DNA of 48,901 bases, the filler included, from Catajapyx aquilonaris (taxonomy: Eukaryota), in assembly GCA_000934665.2 (NCBI GenBank). It is 2 parts of 2 records of this genome, joined end to end, with 100 filler letters (N's around TTAATTAATTAA, not from the genome) between each part and the next. Parts side by side here need not be neighbours in the genome. Positions count along the whole stretch, not along the records: positions 24,496 to 48,901 come from JYFJ02005516.1; 1 more part is not named here. One strand, given 5' to 3'. The notes under the pieces were generated by a model. It searched no databases and had not been told where the DNA came from. It worked only from the letters and a program-made list of their open reading frames with translations. Of this stretch, positions 26,624-39,783 are shown one piece after another. How positions within the stretch are numbered: the first letter of the stretch is position 1; every line of letters begins with the position of its first letter. A program made the position numbers and the translations under genes.

Positions 26624-27599
26624 TAAGTGGTGGAAACTGGCAGTAATATCTGGTAAGGTTTTATATGTACCAATATTAGAATCTACTTAAAAAAACTAAT
26701 TACCTATTGCAAAGTTTCTAGCATTTTTGGGGAAAAAAACATGACTGACACATGTTCAGAAATGAAACTTCAATCTCACTTCCATTTTGAATATCTAACA
26801 TCATTAGAGTTAGGCAGAATTTTTATTCTGAATATTTCCTTTTACAGCTCTTGTTGGAGATGAAGCTGACGCAAAATGGCGATGTGGATACTATTCTGAT
26901 AAATTTCTTTAGGGAAAAAGCCTTCCACATTAAACAATTGGCAGAGAAATCAAAGTCTGTCGAGAAGATCGTGGCAGACTACGAGAAATTCACAGCCCCA
27001 GTGGAATACAAAAACATCGCTTTTGTCATTCTCGCTCAGCAGGCCCTTTTGGGGCAAATTGCAGAGGATGTCCTCCTACCTTCAAGTGTGCAGGTACAGT
27101 GTACTTCTTCCTTCATGTTAAATGTGATTATGAAATTATGTGCCTGTAGAGATTCAGAGCACTAGGGTCCCGCTTTGTGTGAAGCGAAAGTCTTGTGTAA
27201 CGCAGAAAAAGGTCGAGGAGCCGCCATGCCACCATCACGCACTCGAACCACTCGAACTGCATGCACGGATGAGCAGCTTGTTGGCTTGAACCAACTCGCC
27301 TCATTTCAGCGTGACGAATACAATCCAGCCACCTGTAGACGCTCAGTTATCTGGCGCGAGATGCCCAGTCACTGAATACTGGATGCCTAGTGTGGCTTAG
27401 TTATAAGTATCAACTAGGCCCACATTCAGACTCTACCATCCATTATAACGAGAAATAACGAAGCCTCTCCCAAGCAAAGTTTTTCCTTAAAAAATCCTGC
27501 ACACTCCCGACCTGTGAATATCATCCCTACCGGGTTCCAGGGGGGCTACAAGTACCTTACCCCACAATTCCCATCTGGGCCTCCTGCCCCATCACTGCC

Positions 27600-27642
27600 C
27601 TCCCGTTGAGGCCCCCGCAGTTCGTGGCCGAAACATGTAGAG
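27600..27642 (+). ncRNA. Degenerate minimal hammerhead ribozyme motif (Penelope-like element type)
   Basis: CTC-CCGTTGA-GGCC-loop-GGCC-GAAAC-AT-GTA-GAG; the core CTGATGA has two substitutions. Confidence 0.4.
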
Positions 27643-27936
27643 AAATCGCTGCTGTAATATTTTTGGCTCAATATATGGACTGATTGTTGAAACATACCAC
27701 CGACTATCTTCTATTTATCCTACGCACCGGACCACCACTTCACCAGTGGAACCATAGCAGGCCCAGGAAGGACGCTTCAGGCAGCAGGACAGCACTAACC
27801 CGCCATTTCACGCCTTCAACGCACTAGGGCGGACGGCCCTCACCTGATGACCATGGCCGCCTAGACACCATCTTCCTCATTGGGGTTCATCAGCTTGCAG
27901 TAGCCAAACCTAACCTAACCTAAACCAACCCAACCT

Positions 27937-28170
27937 ACCATAAATTAGACGATGTATAACATGTCACGCTAGTCCGTCAGGAAATACAGTGGCAGTAGTG
28001 ACTTGCCCAACACATCAATATATTTTCCGAGTTAACTTGACCTCTTCTCAACTTTATTATAGGCTCCTAAACCCAGAATTTTTATGTTACAGAATGTAGT
28101 GCAATCTTGTACGAGTAAAAAAGAGTTTGGTGGACAATTTGAGGACAAAGCTCGCTGAACAAAAATGACA
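27937..28170 (+). repeat. Direct duplicate of about 30158-30390 (intron and exon start of the MADF pseudogene)
   Basis: Shared ACCATAAATTAGA..GTCACGCTAGTCCGTCAGG..GGACAAAGCTCGCTGAACAAAAA. Confidence 0.85.
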
Positions 28171-28629
28171 GTCTAATTTCAACAGACCTAGACACAAAGC
28201 GGCAACCAACACCACTTCCCTGCCTGAAAGGAGCCCTGCAAACCATAATGTTCCTGCATCTCCTGACCTGCGCCCTGCCCTGCGCACACCAGAAGTGCCC
28301 AGACCTTGAGAGCAGTCATCCGAAAGCCTACATAAGTGGCCAGAGATATCCCAACAGCACCCAAAAATATGACCAACGCAGTCGGCCGTGCCAAGGAAGA
28401 GTGGCTCCACCGTATTGTACTAAAGAACATCATGGGCTCTGCACCGCACACTTCAATCGTCATCACGCAAGCCCTATCCCCCGTCTGGGAGTGCATCGAG
28501 GAGCTTCTCCCAGCCGAGGAAAGGACGGAAGCAAGGCGCAATTTTCGTTTGATTTCGATTTGAATCTTTACGTGGATGAACTGCGCCGGTTAGCACAACA
28601 ATTTGGCCCACGGGCAAAAACGAAACTAA

Positions 28630-28870
28630 GGGTTCCGATGAGCTTATTGTTTATTTGTCAAATGCAGTAACTCAACTGTAACGTCCAACCCATTTGAATC
28701 ATGGGATGAAATGAAATAAAGTCTTCCATTCCACAACCTTTACAAACTTGCTAGAGCAAACATGGCGACATCAGTACCTTGTGAACGCCTAATTTCCAAG
28801 GCTGGGGCCAGTTTTTTCAAAAGAGAAACAGATTATCACGGAACCATTGAGAACAACTGGTAAGTGGAAT
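28630..28870 (+). pseudogene. hAT transposase C-terminal dimerization domain fragment
   Basis: LYKLARANMATSVPCERLISKAG at about 28738-28806 fits the hAT TSVPCERLFSKAG motif; stops nearby. Confidence 0.8.
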
Positions 28871-29425
28871 GACTTGAAGTTCCGGGTAAATAATGTTTCA
28901 AATTAACGTCCGCAATCATGAACCGCCCATGATCCAAATAAACGTCTCGAGATCTCTGGCAAATTTCTCTTGTTCTCAGATGGCAGTGATTGTTTGTGGG
29001 ACATTTTAACTGCTCATTTGGAGGAGACACACGAAGGAGCTCTTCGCCAGCAATGACACCGAGGAGTATTTATGACGGGTTAGAACCCAGATTGTCCGAT
29101 TCAGGAAGACCCAGAAGAAGAGATAGCTTACTCTTGGGAGAATCATTCCCAAATGATCACTCAAATCGTAACTCCTTGGACTGGTTTCCATCTACTCAAA
29201 AGGAGTAACAGGACCTCTATCAAGGAACAAGCAATCTTGAGAAAGCTAACGCAGAGGCTCGAAAGATTCTTAACATATTGGATCCAAGGACCATGCTCAA
29301 ACTTGTTCTCCTTACAGAAATAGAAAGCTCAGAATCGTCTGGATTGTTCACCAGGGTCGACAAACCTCTCTAATCTCCCCTCCCCAGACACACTCAAGCC
29401 CCTTATATCGGCACGATTATTACGG

Positions 29426-29791
29426 ATGAAAAAAAGGACAACGAGGAACGTAAAGCATGGGAGAAAAACACTTACGATCCAGCATGCCATAATCTCTGCA
29501 GCTAGTCCACGATCATTTGTCTCTCCAATACATGTGGGGCTCAGCAGGCACTTGCATAGAAAGTATGGGCCGAAAACGCAACGGAAGGAAGCTTTGAGCT
29601 ATGAAGCGTTCGTGACCCAAAATGCTCTAGCAACTGTCGATGAGGGTGCGTACACGCAGTTTGTGTTTGACAACACTGAACATAATGTGCGCACCCTTGA
29701 TGGTCACAACACATTCCATGCCATGGGGGGAATTCAGTGGGTAGAAATCAAGAGGATTTTATTAAGTGGTTTTCAAGGTTCTTCAGTTTAA
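29426..29791 (+). pseudogene. Fragment of a large invertebrate DNA-transposon ORF (Academ-like)
   Basis: IQHAIISAASPRSFVSPIHVGLSRHLHRKYG and TQFVFDNTEHNVRTLDGHNTFHAMGGI resemble a recurrent DN..TLDG..TFH motif; family name assigned from memory. Confidence 0.55.
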
Positions 29792-30049
29792 CAATCACGA
29801 CTGGATATTACAGAACAGATACTGAAATAGATAGGGACGTGAAGCTGATCTCTTGACGACCAGTAGGTGCATGAATACGGCGTATTATGTTGCGAAGAAT
29901 GATCGACCTTTTTCGGAATAGCCATGTTGAGCTTCAACACAAGAATGGCTTCGACAAATGGACTGATACCAAGGTCTGTCTAATCATCTCCATCTCTCCC
30001 ATCACAGTGAGTTTGGATCACTGGGACATGAGCTGGAAAAAGTCTAATA

Positions 30050-30740
30050 CAATATCAGGGCACTGTATATACAATCCGACATTCTGTTACGCAGCAGATC
30101 ACGCAGTTATAATTTGGAACAACATATCTGATCCCACATGGAATAAAGATAAGTGCAACCATAAATTAGATGATGTATTAAAATGTCACGCTAGTCCGTC
30201 AGGAGATACAGTGGCAGTAGTGACTTGCCCAACACATCAATATATTTTCCGAGTTAACTTGACCTCTTCTCAACTTTATAACAGGCTCCTAAACCCAGAA
30301 TTTTTAAGTTGTAGAATGTCGTGCAATCTTGTAAAAAGCAATGGAAGAATTTGATGGACAATTTTAGGACAAAGCTCGCTGAACAAAAAACATACAGTGG
30401 CCAAGCAAATGTGCCCCAAGGACAGTGGCCATATTTCGAAAGCATGCTCTTTCTGAAGGAAGTTGTGAGATTCAAAGCGTAAGTTGAGACTAATGTTGCA
30501 ATGTGGCTTTCCTATTCCGTACGTGTGCACCAGGACCAAACAAGGCCTCTGCAAAGGGAACGGTATGGTCTTGCCAGCAATGCAACTCGACAGACGGCAG
30601 CTGTGCAAGAGAGATACGACATATAGAGGAGGAGCATGCACTTCGGATGGAAAACATTCGTAAGGAACACAATATGCGTGGCATAAAACATGAACTTCGT
30701 GTGAAATTACTTAAGGCACAAATCAAGTTTTCTGAATCTC
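30050..30740 (+). pseudogene. MADF/Myb-SANT domain gene remnant (probable Harbinger accessory ORF) with PHD-like tail
   Basis: CIYNP..IIWNNI, then after an intron VQSCKKQWKNLMDNFRTKL..SGQ..QWPYFESMLFLKEV (MADF pattern), then WSCQQC and a coiled coil. Confidence 0.7.
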
Positions 30741-31340
30741 ATGGAAATAATGCACGTTACGGGGATATGCTATTTCAAATAGTGCTATTATTACATAATT
30801 ATGCATCGGCACGCTGGTCAGTTTCCTGCTTTCTGAACTACATCGGCTCAATTATGAGTGGGGAGTCTCCAGACAGGATTAATAACTGGGAAAGAAATGT
30901 TTCAATACTGGTGCAGTGTTACACAGATACCGAATTGCCAGATTCCATAGCCTTTAATCTGGAATAGATTGAAAATCAAGCACTCATGTTAATCAATTTC
31001 TTGCCACAACTTCCCAGCAAGCCAACCCCGCACACCAGGAAACTGTTTAACCTTTGTCAGAACTTAAAGGTAGTGCGTGGAAAGCCCTATTGTGTGCTTC
31101 ATTCATGTAATTTTTGACATTAATGACAACCACAGGCGACGATACATTTAGATGCCACTTCTAACACATGAGCGGATATATTGCTTGTGAGAACCGAAGT
31201 GAAATCATCATATTGTATCAGTATTGTAGTTATTTGAAATTATGTGGACACAACAGGATCAGCTCTGATTTTACAGCCTTCAATGTGAGATAGTGTAATA
31301 GCTTGGAAGAAAATAATCTCGCGCAAAAGCATCTCCAAAT

Positions 31341-31443
31341 TAAAGGCCTAAGCCTTGATGAATGTATTACCAAACTCATATCAATAAGACTAACTCAGAA
31401 ATCAGCCAACTGAAAATGCTGCTGTATTGTGTCACCACAAACT
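31341..31443 (+). repeat. Direct duplicate of about 33004-33130
   Basis: Shared TTAAAGGCCTAAGCCTTGAT..CTGAAAATGCTGCTGTATTGTGTCACCACAAACT. Confidence 0.85.
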
Positions 31444-31959
31444 TCACAGACCATCACAGGAAGACCAGCTTCAAGGGGCAGAATATCCTTCAATTCATAT
31501 GTCCCGATGTCACATCAAAGTTTGATGTGATAGGTCCATACTTTCCTTTTCTCAAAAGGTGCCAACATCCGGGATAGTAATTGCGTGTTTACATGAGGCC
31601 AGCTATACGCATTCCAGGTGAGGACGAGGTTTCTCTGTTAATTTCGAGTTAGAAGCGAAAATGCCCGAGATGAGGTTACAGCTGTTGCAAATATCATTTT
31701 CGCAACTATCCTAATGCGTTTTACTCGTAATGCAACACCTCTTTCAGGTCTCCGTGTTTTACATATTGGGATTATCTGCGACGGGGCCAGTACCTTGTGG
31801 TCTACAAACGTTGTGGCTATTATTTGTTTCTGTTGCGAAACAGCTCTAAACAGAAGTAATGAGTTCTGGGTATTGTGGAATAGTATTCCACATTACCCTC
31901 ATTGTTGTAGTAAACTTACGTGGCTGAATGCATATTTTGCAACGAAACTTTCTACACGG

Positions 31960-32501
31960 ATGGGACATGCTTGTACAAATACATCTTAGAAATGGAAGGG
32001 AAGGAGAAGTTTATTTTTATTTCTGATGCCTGTGGAGGACAGTGCAGAAACAGACACATATCCAACATGTGTTTGTATGCTGTCCGAAACATTGATCATT
32101 GTTAATAGATGACACATTATTACCTGGAGACTGGGCACTCACAGCAAGGAGGAGACTATGCATTCCAATATTGAGAGGCAAGCAAGATATGTGGCAGTCA
32201 ACAGGCCTAAGGAGTGGGAGCCAGTTTGTGCCATGTAAAATCCTACACATTCCAGGACTTTTTTGACTGGAAAAGTGTTGCACAGTCCCTAATCCACAAC
32301 ACAACCGACGAAGCCGGAGAAAAAGTTAAATGCTTGAAGATTCACGTGCATCACTACACAAATGAACGGACGAAAATATTCCTTAAGTACGAGTATGCTG
32401 AGGAGTACCGTACCATTTCTGTGCCCAGGAAGAGAGCTCGTCAATATGACACTGTCTTGCCTGCTGCATACTCTGCACCACTGCCGATAAGCAAAGCATA
32501 A
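31960..32501 (+). pseudogene. Degenerate Sola-like transposase fragment
   Basis: FISDACGGQCRN, YLETGHSQQGGD and FFDWKS motifs in shifted frames. Confidence 0.7.
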
Positions 32502-33233
32502 GACTACTAGACATGTTCTTTGCCGCAAACTACTTTTGGTTTGGGAAAGACCTGTACAAGCAAAGTCAGGGTATGGCAATGGGATCAAGCTGCTCACCGC
32601 TTCTGGCGGACATTTTTTTAAACGAATTGGAGATACAATTTCTGACCCAAAATCCGGCACAAGTACACACAGTATTTAGATGACATACTGCTTATCACCA
32701 ATGAAGAGACAATGAGAATACTACAGGAAAAAATTTCCACCAACACCTGACAACGTCCATACATGACAGAGGTACACATGCCCCTTTCCCAGATACGCAC
32801 GTATTTTTGGACACACACAGATGCATACAAACAGTACACTACACCAAACCCACAGCTATGAGAGCCTATGTAACACCAGAGAGTTTACATGCAGAACATG
32901 CGTTTCAAGTTATCGTTACAGGTGCTCTCATCATAATCAGACGCAGGTCCACGACGGTTGTAGGGGCCCTGATAGCAGGACTGGAGACATTGATACAGCT
33001 GACTTAAAGGCCTAAGCCTTGATAAATGTATTACCAAACTCATAGCAATAAGGCCGTAACTCAGAAATCGGCCAAGTGAAACTGTGGAGACGGCAACTGA
33101 AAATGCTGCTGTATTGTGTCACCACAAACTGGTATTTTCATCCCACAGCTATTTTTTCGGTCGTTTAAAATACTTCAGTTTCCATCGGTGTGAAGACGAA
33201 TAACTTAAAGCAAGAGCTGAAAGAGGCGTAACA

Positions 33234-33515
33234 ATGTTCATCAAGATTTCCCCCCCATCTTATGTATTCTTCAAGTCAGCTCTCTTAGACAAAACCAAGA
33301 ATTTGAGGCAAGAACCTGGCGTGAATGAAGATTACTTATGGGAGGAGAAGTGTCGCTATGAGCAGCATTTGGCAGAGGAAGTGGCGAAGTCGGATCCCAA
33401 ACCCTTAGGGAAAGGAATCCTAATATTTGATGAAGTGAAGGTTCTTTGCAAGGTTCTGTGGAACAGCAGAAGCCAAAAGTTCATGGGCGTTGCCCTCAAC
33501 AGAGAAGAGACTTAG
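33234..33515 (+). pseudogene. P-element/THAP9-like transposase fragment
   Basis: SPPSYVF..GILIFDEVKV..LWNSRSQKFMG resembles the first catalytic strand region of P-like transposases; truncated. Confidence 0.65.
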
Positions 33516-34546
33516 TCACTGGTGGACCCATACAGAACAGAATCGCCTGCAGGTGTAGTGTGCTGTCAGCAGGGAGCTGTACACAGACTGTGGAGTGTAC
33601 CTTGCTGTCAACGTGATGTGAACACTAGCATCTATACCAGTCATTTTGACTGGGGTATTGGAAGTTGGCCTACCCTCTTCCGGTGTGAGCCAGTAGAAGT
33701 GGTGTGGTCCGGTTGGACGGGAAAGCTCATGGACCCTGTCCTAGCTATCCCCCCGCTTTTGACTACACGTGCTCGCACCTTCCTTCCAGGGTCCTCCCCT
33801 GGTGCACCACCACTCTACCCCGTTATGCGATCCGGGTAACAGCTGTTGACCTCGTGGTACTGGGAGGTTCCTCCTTTTGCAGTGAGTGATCCACCCTGGA
33901 GTAAGTCCTTTTGGACCGACTGGGGTGGCCCTCCTCATATCTAATGTAATATCATAATGCTTCTTGGCCGACTGGTGTGACACACTTAATATCAGTTATA
34001 TATCATGAATCGGAAGTTATGGATTACGCGAGGATCTGGAGTGGGGGATAAATTTTTTTATTTTTTCAGGCCAAAGGTCATTCAGAAAGGCTCTTTTTCC
34101 CCGCTCTTTTTCCCCGCTCTTTTTTCCCCGTGCGAAGAACGGGTACCGCTGCTAGTGTACAAATATAAAATATTAGTTTATTACAGCGGTTCCCAACCCT
34201 AGAGCAGCGACCTAATAAAATTGGGTGGCCAACATGTTTTCAAGGGTCGCAGTGTAAGGTCAGGAGAATTGAATAAAAATCTGGGGGGAAAAATACGGGA
34301 AAATAAAGGACAGTGGGGAAATTCATCTCAAATCTACATAAGTCTTAACATTTTGGTAAATAAAGATATTTGGAAAAAAAATTGAGACTGGGTGGGGGGA
34401 GGGAGGAGGTAATGGAATTTGTCCTTTAATGAAAAGATTGTAAAAGGGAGTGAATATTATGGAGTATTCCTTTGTTATGTGTGTGGTGCGGTGTGCTATT
34501 CATGTATGAATGCAATTGTCACTTAATTTCAATTTCTTGTTGCAGT

Positions 34547-34845
34547 TTTCTGGAAATATGAAACTTCAAGCTGGACATTGCACCTGCAAAGCAGGTGTGA
34601 ATGGACAATGCAAGCATGCCGCAGCCATTGTTGTAGCGGCAAACGACTATACCAGCACAAGTAAAACATCAAATCCGCAAACCTGGGGTTTGCCAACCAA
34701 GCGACAAATGTACAAGAAGGCAGCGACATTGAAGTCCCTTTTTGGTGGGCCGACGATGGAAGTCGCAGTGCCAAAGAAGCTACGCCATGATGAGATTCTG
34801 CACTCATTTCCTGACATGTCTTGCGGCTTCATGAATCTGGCTTGA
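34547..34845 (+). pseudogene. SWIM zinc-finger exon fragment (transposon-associated, Kolobok-like)
   Basis: CTCKAGVNGQCKH (CxC-x7-CxH) followed by SKTSNPQTWGLP; acceptor TTGCAG at 34546. Confidence 0.7.
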
Positions 34846-36779
34846 TTAGGCTTGGGTGATCCAGTCGCCCCCGGAAAAATCATTGCAAATCATCGGAAGA
34901 ACTAAATCATGGAAATGAGGTCATTTGGCAGAGTAGCCACGTTTGTCGATAAATTGTGGAATAACCCTCTCCTTTAAGTGCATAGCAACTTTGTGACACA
35001 CCCTGATAATAAGTAGGCCTACAATTTGCTCCACTTATTTTTAACCGGTCATATATTTGAGTGCAGATTGAGTGTGTATTCAACTAACTGGCCACAAATG
35101 TAGTAGTAATAAATGGGCTCCTTTCAAAACCTTTAAACCTGAAATCACTTGTGTATTGTTAGCCAGTTGGCACACCTTAGAGATCAACTGGCATTGTTGT
35201 TGGTAACTAGTCAATAAATAATTCTCATCGAGTCAGGACGTGCCTTACTCAAGGGGGCCTGTCCGAGGGCCGCCTAAGGGCTCCTAGGGCTCTATCAGTA
35301 CAACTTGTGTGTGCACTGTTGCTTTGCATGGAAGTCGATCCCTTACATTAGTGCCACAACAAACCTGTATTGGAAACTACAGGACATGGACAATTAAACC
35401 TACCTATGCATTCTGAACAACACAGCACTGGCAGTTACACTATTTGCCTGATTACCTTAACTAATCTCAACTAACCTCATGAACTTGGCTGTTTTGAAGA
35501 TGCCACGCATGCACAATGCAATAAGAAGCCAAGTCGTCAATGGACAAATGAAAAAATTTGCTGCATTGTTTCAATGGAGCACTGAATCTTCGTAGCCTTC
35601 TCCTTCGCCAAATGACACATTTCGTGACTTCTGAGATATTCTGACACAGATCAACACTTAAAAATTACTCCACAAGTACAAATGAGCTCAGCTGGATGAT
35701 AATACATTCAGAAAATTAGCATAAATTCTGGGCTTAATGTAATCAAAATCATTTCAAGCCCTGGTCATTGCAGCAGCTGTGACCAATACCAGGTTCGCCA
35801 ACAAAGCAGTGCCACATCATGCCTGGACAAACACCCTGTTTCGTGCCAGGATGCACCAGTGGATACAAGTCAAATTAGAATAAGGTGAGCATGTTTGCCG
35901 CTCCTAAAGTCCCTTCATGACTGGAAGCACGCGGATCGAGGCAGGATGCGGTCACGCAGCTCCCCTACCATTATGAGCAGCACGCCATCCTTTACGTGGT
36001 TAGGGACCCCAATTACTATATTGCGAAAAGAAGGACAAGGCGATGAAGGTGGCGGTGGAAGGGATGCAGCAGGTGAGGCCTGGAACTACCAAAGGGGACA
36101 TGTGGTCCGAGATAAAAACCATGAGATGCCAGTTGTCAAAGTTGCTGCAGGGCCTGGAGGGCAAGAGTGGCTCTGGCGGTTCATTGGAAGCTATCTTCTT
36201 GTGCATCCAATGCGTCTTTCAAGTCCAGTCTGTAGGTAGCATGCGTGATTGGATCCTCCCCCTCCGACCCACAAGCTGTTTCACGCCCATGTGTGGAAAG
36301 CTTTAGCAGTTGCATTCCTTCACTTGACCCAACCTTCACTGAACTTGAGACTGTACAACAGGGCCCAACCCTAACTGACATTCCATCTAAGACTGTCCCT
36401 TCTCCTTGCAAGTACAAGTTCTTCTCAAATGAAGGTCATCCAGGAGGTCTTCTTCCCCCCCGCAACCCCATCCATTGTCCCCACCAGCATCCCGCAAGGG
36501 ATCTCTTGATGGTAAGGGGATTGAAGCCCATCCCAACCCTTCGCCCCTCAAGACCTCCAGGATGACCCCACGATGTCCTTTCTGCTCCAACTCCTCTCCA
36601 AACATTTTTTAAAATGTCGATGCAATCTCTGAGCAGGTTGGTTGGCGGCTTCAGCAAAATGTGAGCACTTGGACACTTGCCACTACGTCTTCATTCTTAG
36701 ACAGGTACCACTGCTTGCAGGTGTTGCCCAAGTCCAGTAAGCTGAGGGTACCAAATAAAACAAGCAGGTGGCAACCCTG

Positions 36780-37760
36780 TGCTGAGGTCTTGCAAGTCCC
36801 CATTCCCACCAGAAATCTTGCTGACAAATCACCATCGCCTAGCTTCAAGGTATGATGCATAAGCCTTGGCATCCGAGAGGTTATAAACTAGTCCAGGGTG
36901 GTTGCTGTTCCACAAAGCCAGTGAATGGGTTCCAGAAGATGCCGCACCAACCCCAGCAGCTTTCATGATAGTGGCAACGAAGCAGGCTTCCTTCACACCA
37001 CCAGGGCCTCTCATCTTCTAGAAGCGCACAGGTTGGTCGCAATGGATCGGCAGGTTTCTCAGGTACAGAATGGCTTTCCTATAGGCTTGAAAACACCTGC
37101 AAAAGAAATCCAGCAGTTAATACACAGTGACAACAGGCATCATCTAACCAAAATTTGTGGAAGACCTTATAATGTGCAGTTAATTAACATGCATGGCATA
37201 CTGAACTTCTATGCATCTAATGGCAATAACTTCTACGGCAAATAATGCGGTTTTTCATTGCCAATGACACAAGCAGCTTATTTCTGCCCTTGCCATATGA
37301 CAAATGTCCACACAACTGATCAACCGAATAAAAATGCCGGATTGGCATTGGTACCGCATGTGGTTCCTGCCGATTCATTACATGTATGCTGCTATAGGCA
37401 GCTAATATTTTCTATGGTAATAGTTCAGACGTAGCTGCTACATGAATGGTGCTAAATCACTGCTATTTATAACAGTTAAATTGTCATTTGAACTTGGGAC
37501 TGTAGCCTACCCAATAAAATCACTATCTTTGCTTGACTGATGTCAGTTTAGTAGTGGCCCTGAAATGGCCCGCTTGTCTACAGAGGAAGAAAGAGGTCGG
37601 CTGCGATCATTTTGAGCAGGTTCAACATGCAGTCTTTCCGCAGGCGGTACCGTTGCAAGAAGGTCATGTCGCGTCGTCGTACACCTCCATCGGGTTCTCC
37701 CGGTCCCTCAGACACACGTGTTGGAAGTCGTACCATGTCTGATCACAATAATAAGCCCCC
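36780..37760 (-). pseudogene. Highly degenerate PIF/Harbinger transposase (N-terminal part)
   Basis: Minus-strand LRDRENPMEVYDD..FLQRYRLRKDCMLNLL at about 37715-37610 fits the HARBI1-like N-terminus; a putative next exon from about 37096 reads GCFQ..GVGAASSGTH (weak). Confidence 0.55.
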
Positions 37761-39783
37761 AACCTCCTCCAGCCGCTTCAGAACGTCATGCACTTCGACC
37801 CCTTCCGCCACTTGCAATTGACCTCAACTCTGAGTTCAGAACTTAACCTTGGTCCAGGAGCGGGGTCAACTCCCCGCCCAACTCAACCCCGGATTGCGTG
37901 GTTTCAAGGCCATTATGCATACAAACCCATTATCAATACGTGCTTCAGGGTTTCCCTACTGATCCTTTAAACTGAGAAAATGAAAGTGTGAAATTCAGAG
38001 TCCAACTCTTTCAGGATATGTTGCAACATCAATTGTGTCACAAGCAGCATCAATTTTTAATGGCAATCATAGAACAGAAGCAAAGTTGAAACTCTGGTTT
38101 TCCTATCGTTTTTTAAATATTATTATTTATTTATTTATTTTTATTTGGGAAAATCCGGGTTTGAAATCAGAAAAATCGCAAATTTTCCCAGTTAATTACA
38201 ATGTAGAAATTTTTATGGTAATGTCCGCAGCAATGATACACAATGACTAATGAGTAATTGAACGGTTCCATTGCAAAACAATGATATTCCAAAAATGTGG
38301 GAAATTAAACTGAACTTGAGATAGCCATTCAGTAGGATTTTGTACAAGCTGTACACTGGGTGTCAAATTGAGACCATCCCAGTGTTTCTCCATTATGGGC
38401 ATACTATGCAGTACCCCCACTGCCAGGATACATTGTGAAGTATTTGCACTTAATTTTTTATCCACCATTAAATATTTTTGGCCCTCAAGTGTCGTTATTT
38501 TCAAGTTTTTCAGATCTGCCAGACATTCCGTTGCAAAACATTGAGATTCTAGCACTTTAGATTGACATACCGGTACTTTTCACTGAAACTTCTGATCCAG
38601 GTATGAGAGGATACCACTGTGCATTTATTATTCAAGGGGAAGAACCCCTTTTTAGCCAGTAACCCCTGCTACTCCTCCCAGTCTACGAGAACTGCCCCTG
38701 CTGGCCACGGCTAGCTTGCCACCACACTATAAGGACCAGGCATCTGCCAACTCTGCAGGCTTGCCCCTCATCTGCTAACGGATCTAGCTTGCTACAGCAA
38801 CTGGGGACTCATGCCCGTTTGCTAAAGCACCTGCAAAGCCATGTTCGCTTGCCTCCGCATCTGCTAGTCCCGCTAGCTTGCTAAAGCATCTGCTAAAAAC
38901 CCATGTTAGCTTGCTGAAGGCCTAGCCAGTTTACAATTGTTCCCACCTTCCCCGACTTGACCTCAGATGGGAACCCGAACATGGGCAACCTTAGTAGCGC
39001 CACAGTAACTCACGGTTCAACACACATACCCGTCGCATTACATAAGTGTATAAATATGCTACTTGAAATATTGGACATGATCTACCATTACTGTAAAATT
39101 TAAATAAACACTGTTGCCCCTTCTAATTCCCTCCTGGGGCCTTTCAAAATTGAGATTATTGCAAATTTGACACTGACTTTCACACCTCAGAAAAGCAGAA
39201 AAATCAAAAGTGACTCGTACTTTTGCGTCTGATTTTATTTGCTCCAATTTGTATTAAAACTTTTTTTGCTTGCAGCCACAAAATTGATCCTGAAACACAT
39301 CACTTACCATCACCACAATCAGAGCTATCAAAATGCAAAAATTTCCACAATCATTTTTATAACGGTAATCATTTCGTCCAATTTTCCCATTTACTGAANA
39401 ACGCACATTAAAAATATTTACTCGGAGTCAATGATGGGACACCATTGATGCAGTGATATTAACCTTTAAAATGAAGTGTCACAATGCACCACCAAGAGTG
39501 CACACACACATCAAATTACATACTAATTTTACTAAAAACACAACCTTAAACATTGGTTGCCACATACAAAGTCTCTTGCAATTACAAAGTATTGTAGGCC
39601 ATTAGTACATGCGAGGATTTTTAGATTCAAAAAGAGAGAGTTGCAACCGCATGACTTTTCATTCTCAAGTTTTCCATCCCAGACCCAACAAAAAGCTTCC
39701 GCATCTATTGTTATTAGTTACACCTCCCATTAAAAATTGTTGCGCACAGTGAGGCCGATGACACTCCTCTAATACGGTAGGGT

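Noticed and set aside
36840..37000. Tyrosine recombinase (Crypton-like) motif KAAG..THSL..CGTATTL
   Set aside because: It needs a frameshift and lacks the catalytic Arg. The upstream HARBI1-like exon makes a decayed Harbinger transposase more likely.
38968..38986. tRNA-Lys primer-binding-site-like TGGGAACCCGAACATGGG
   Set aside because: Several mismatches and no adjacent LTR or gag/pol sequence.
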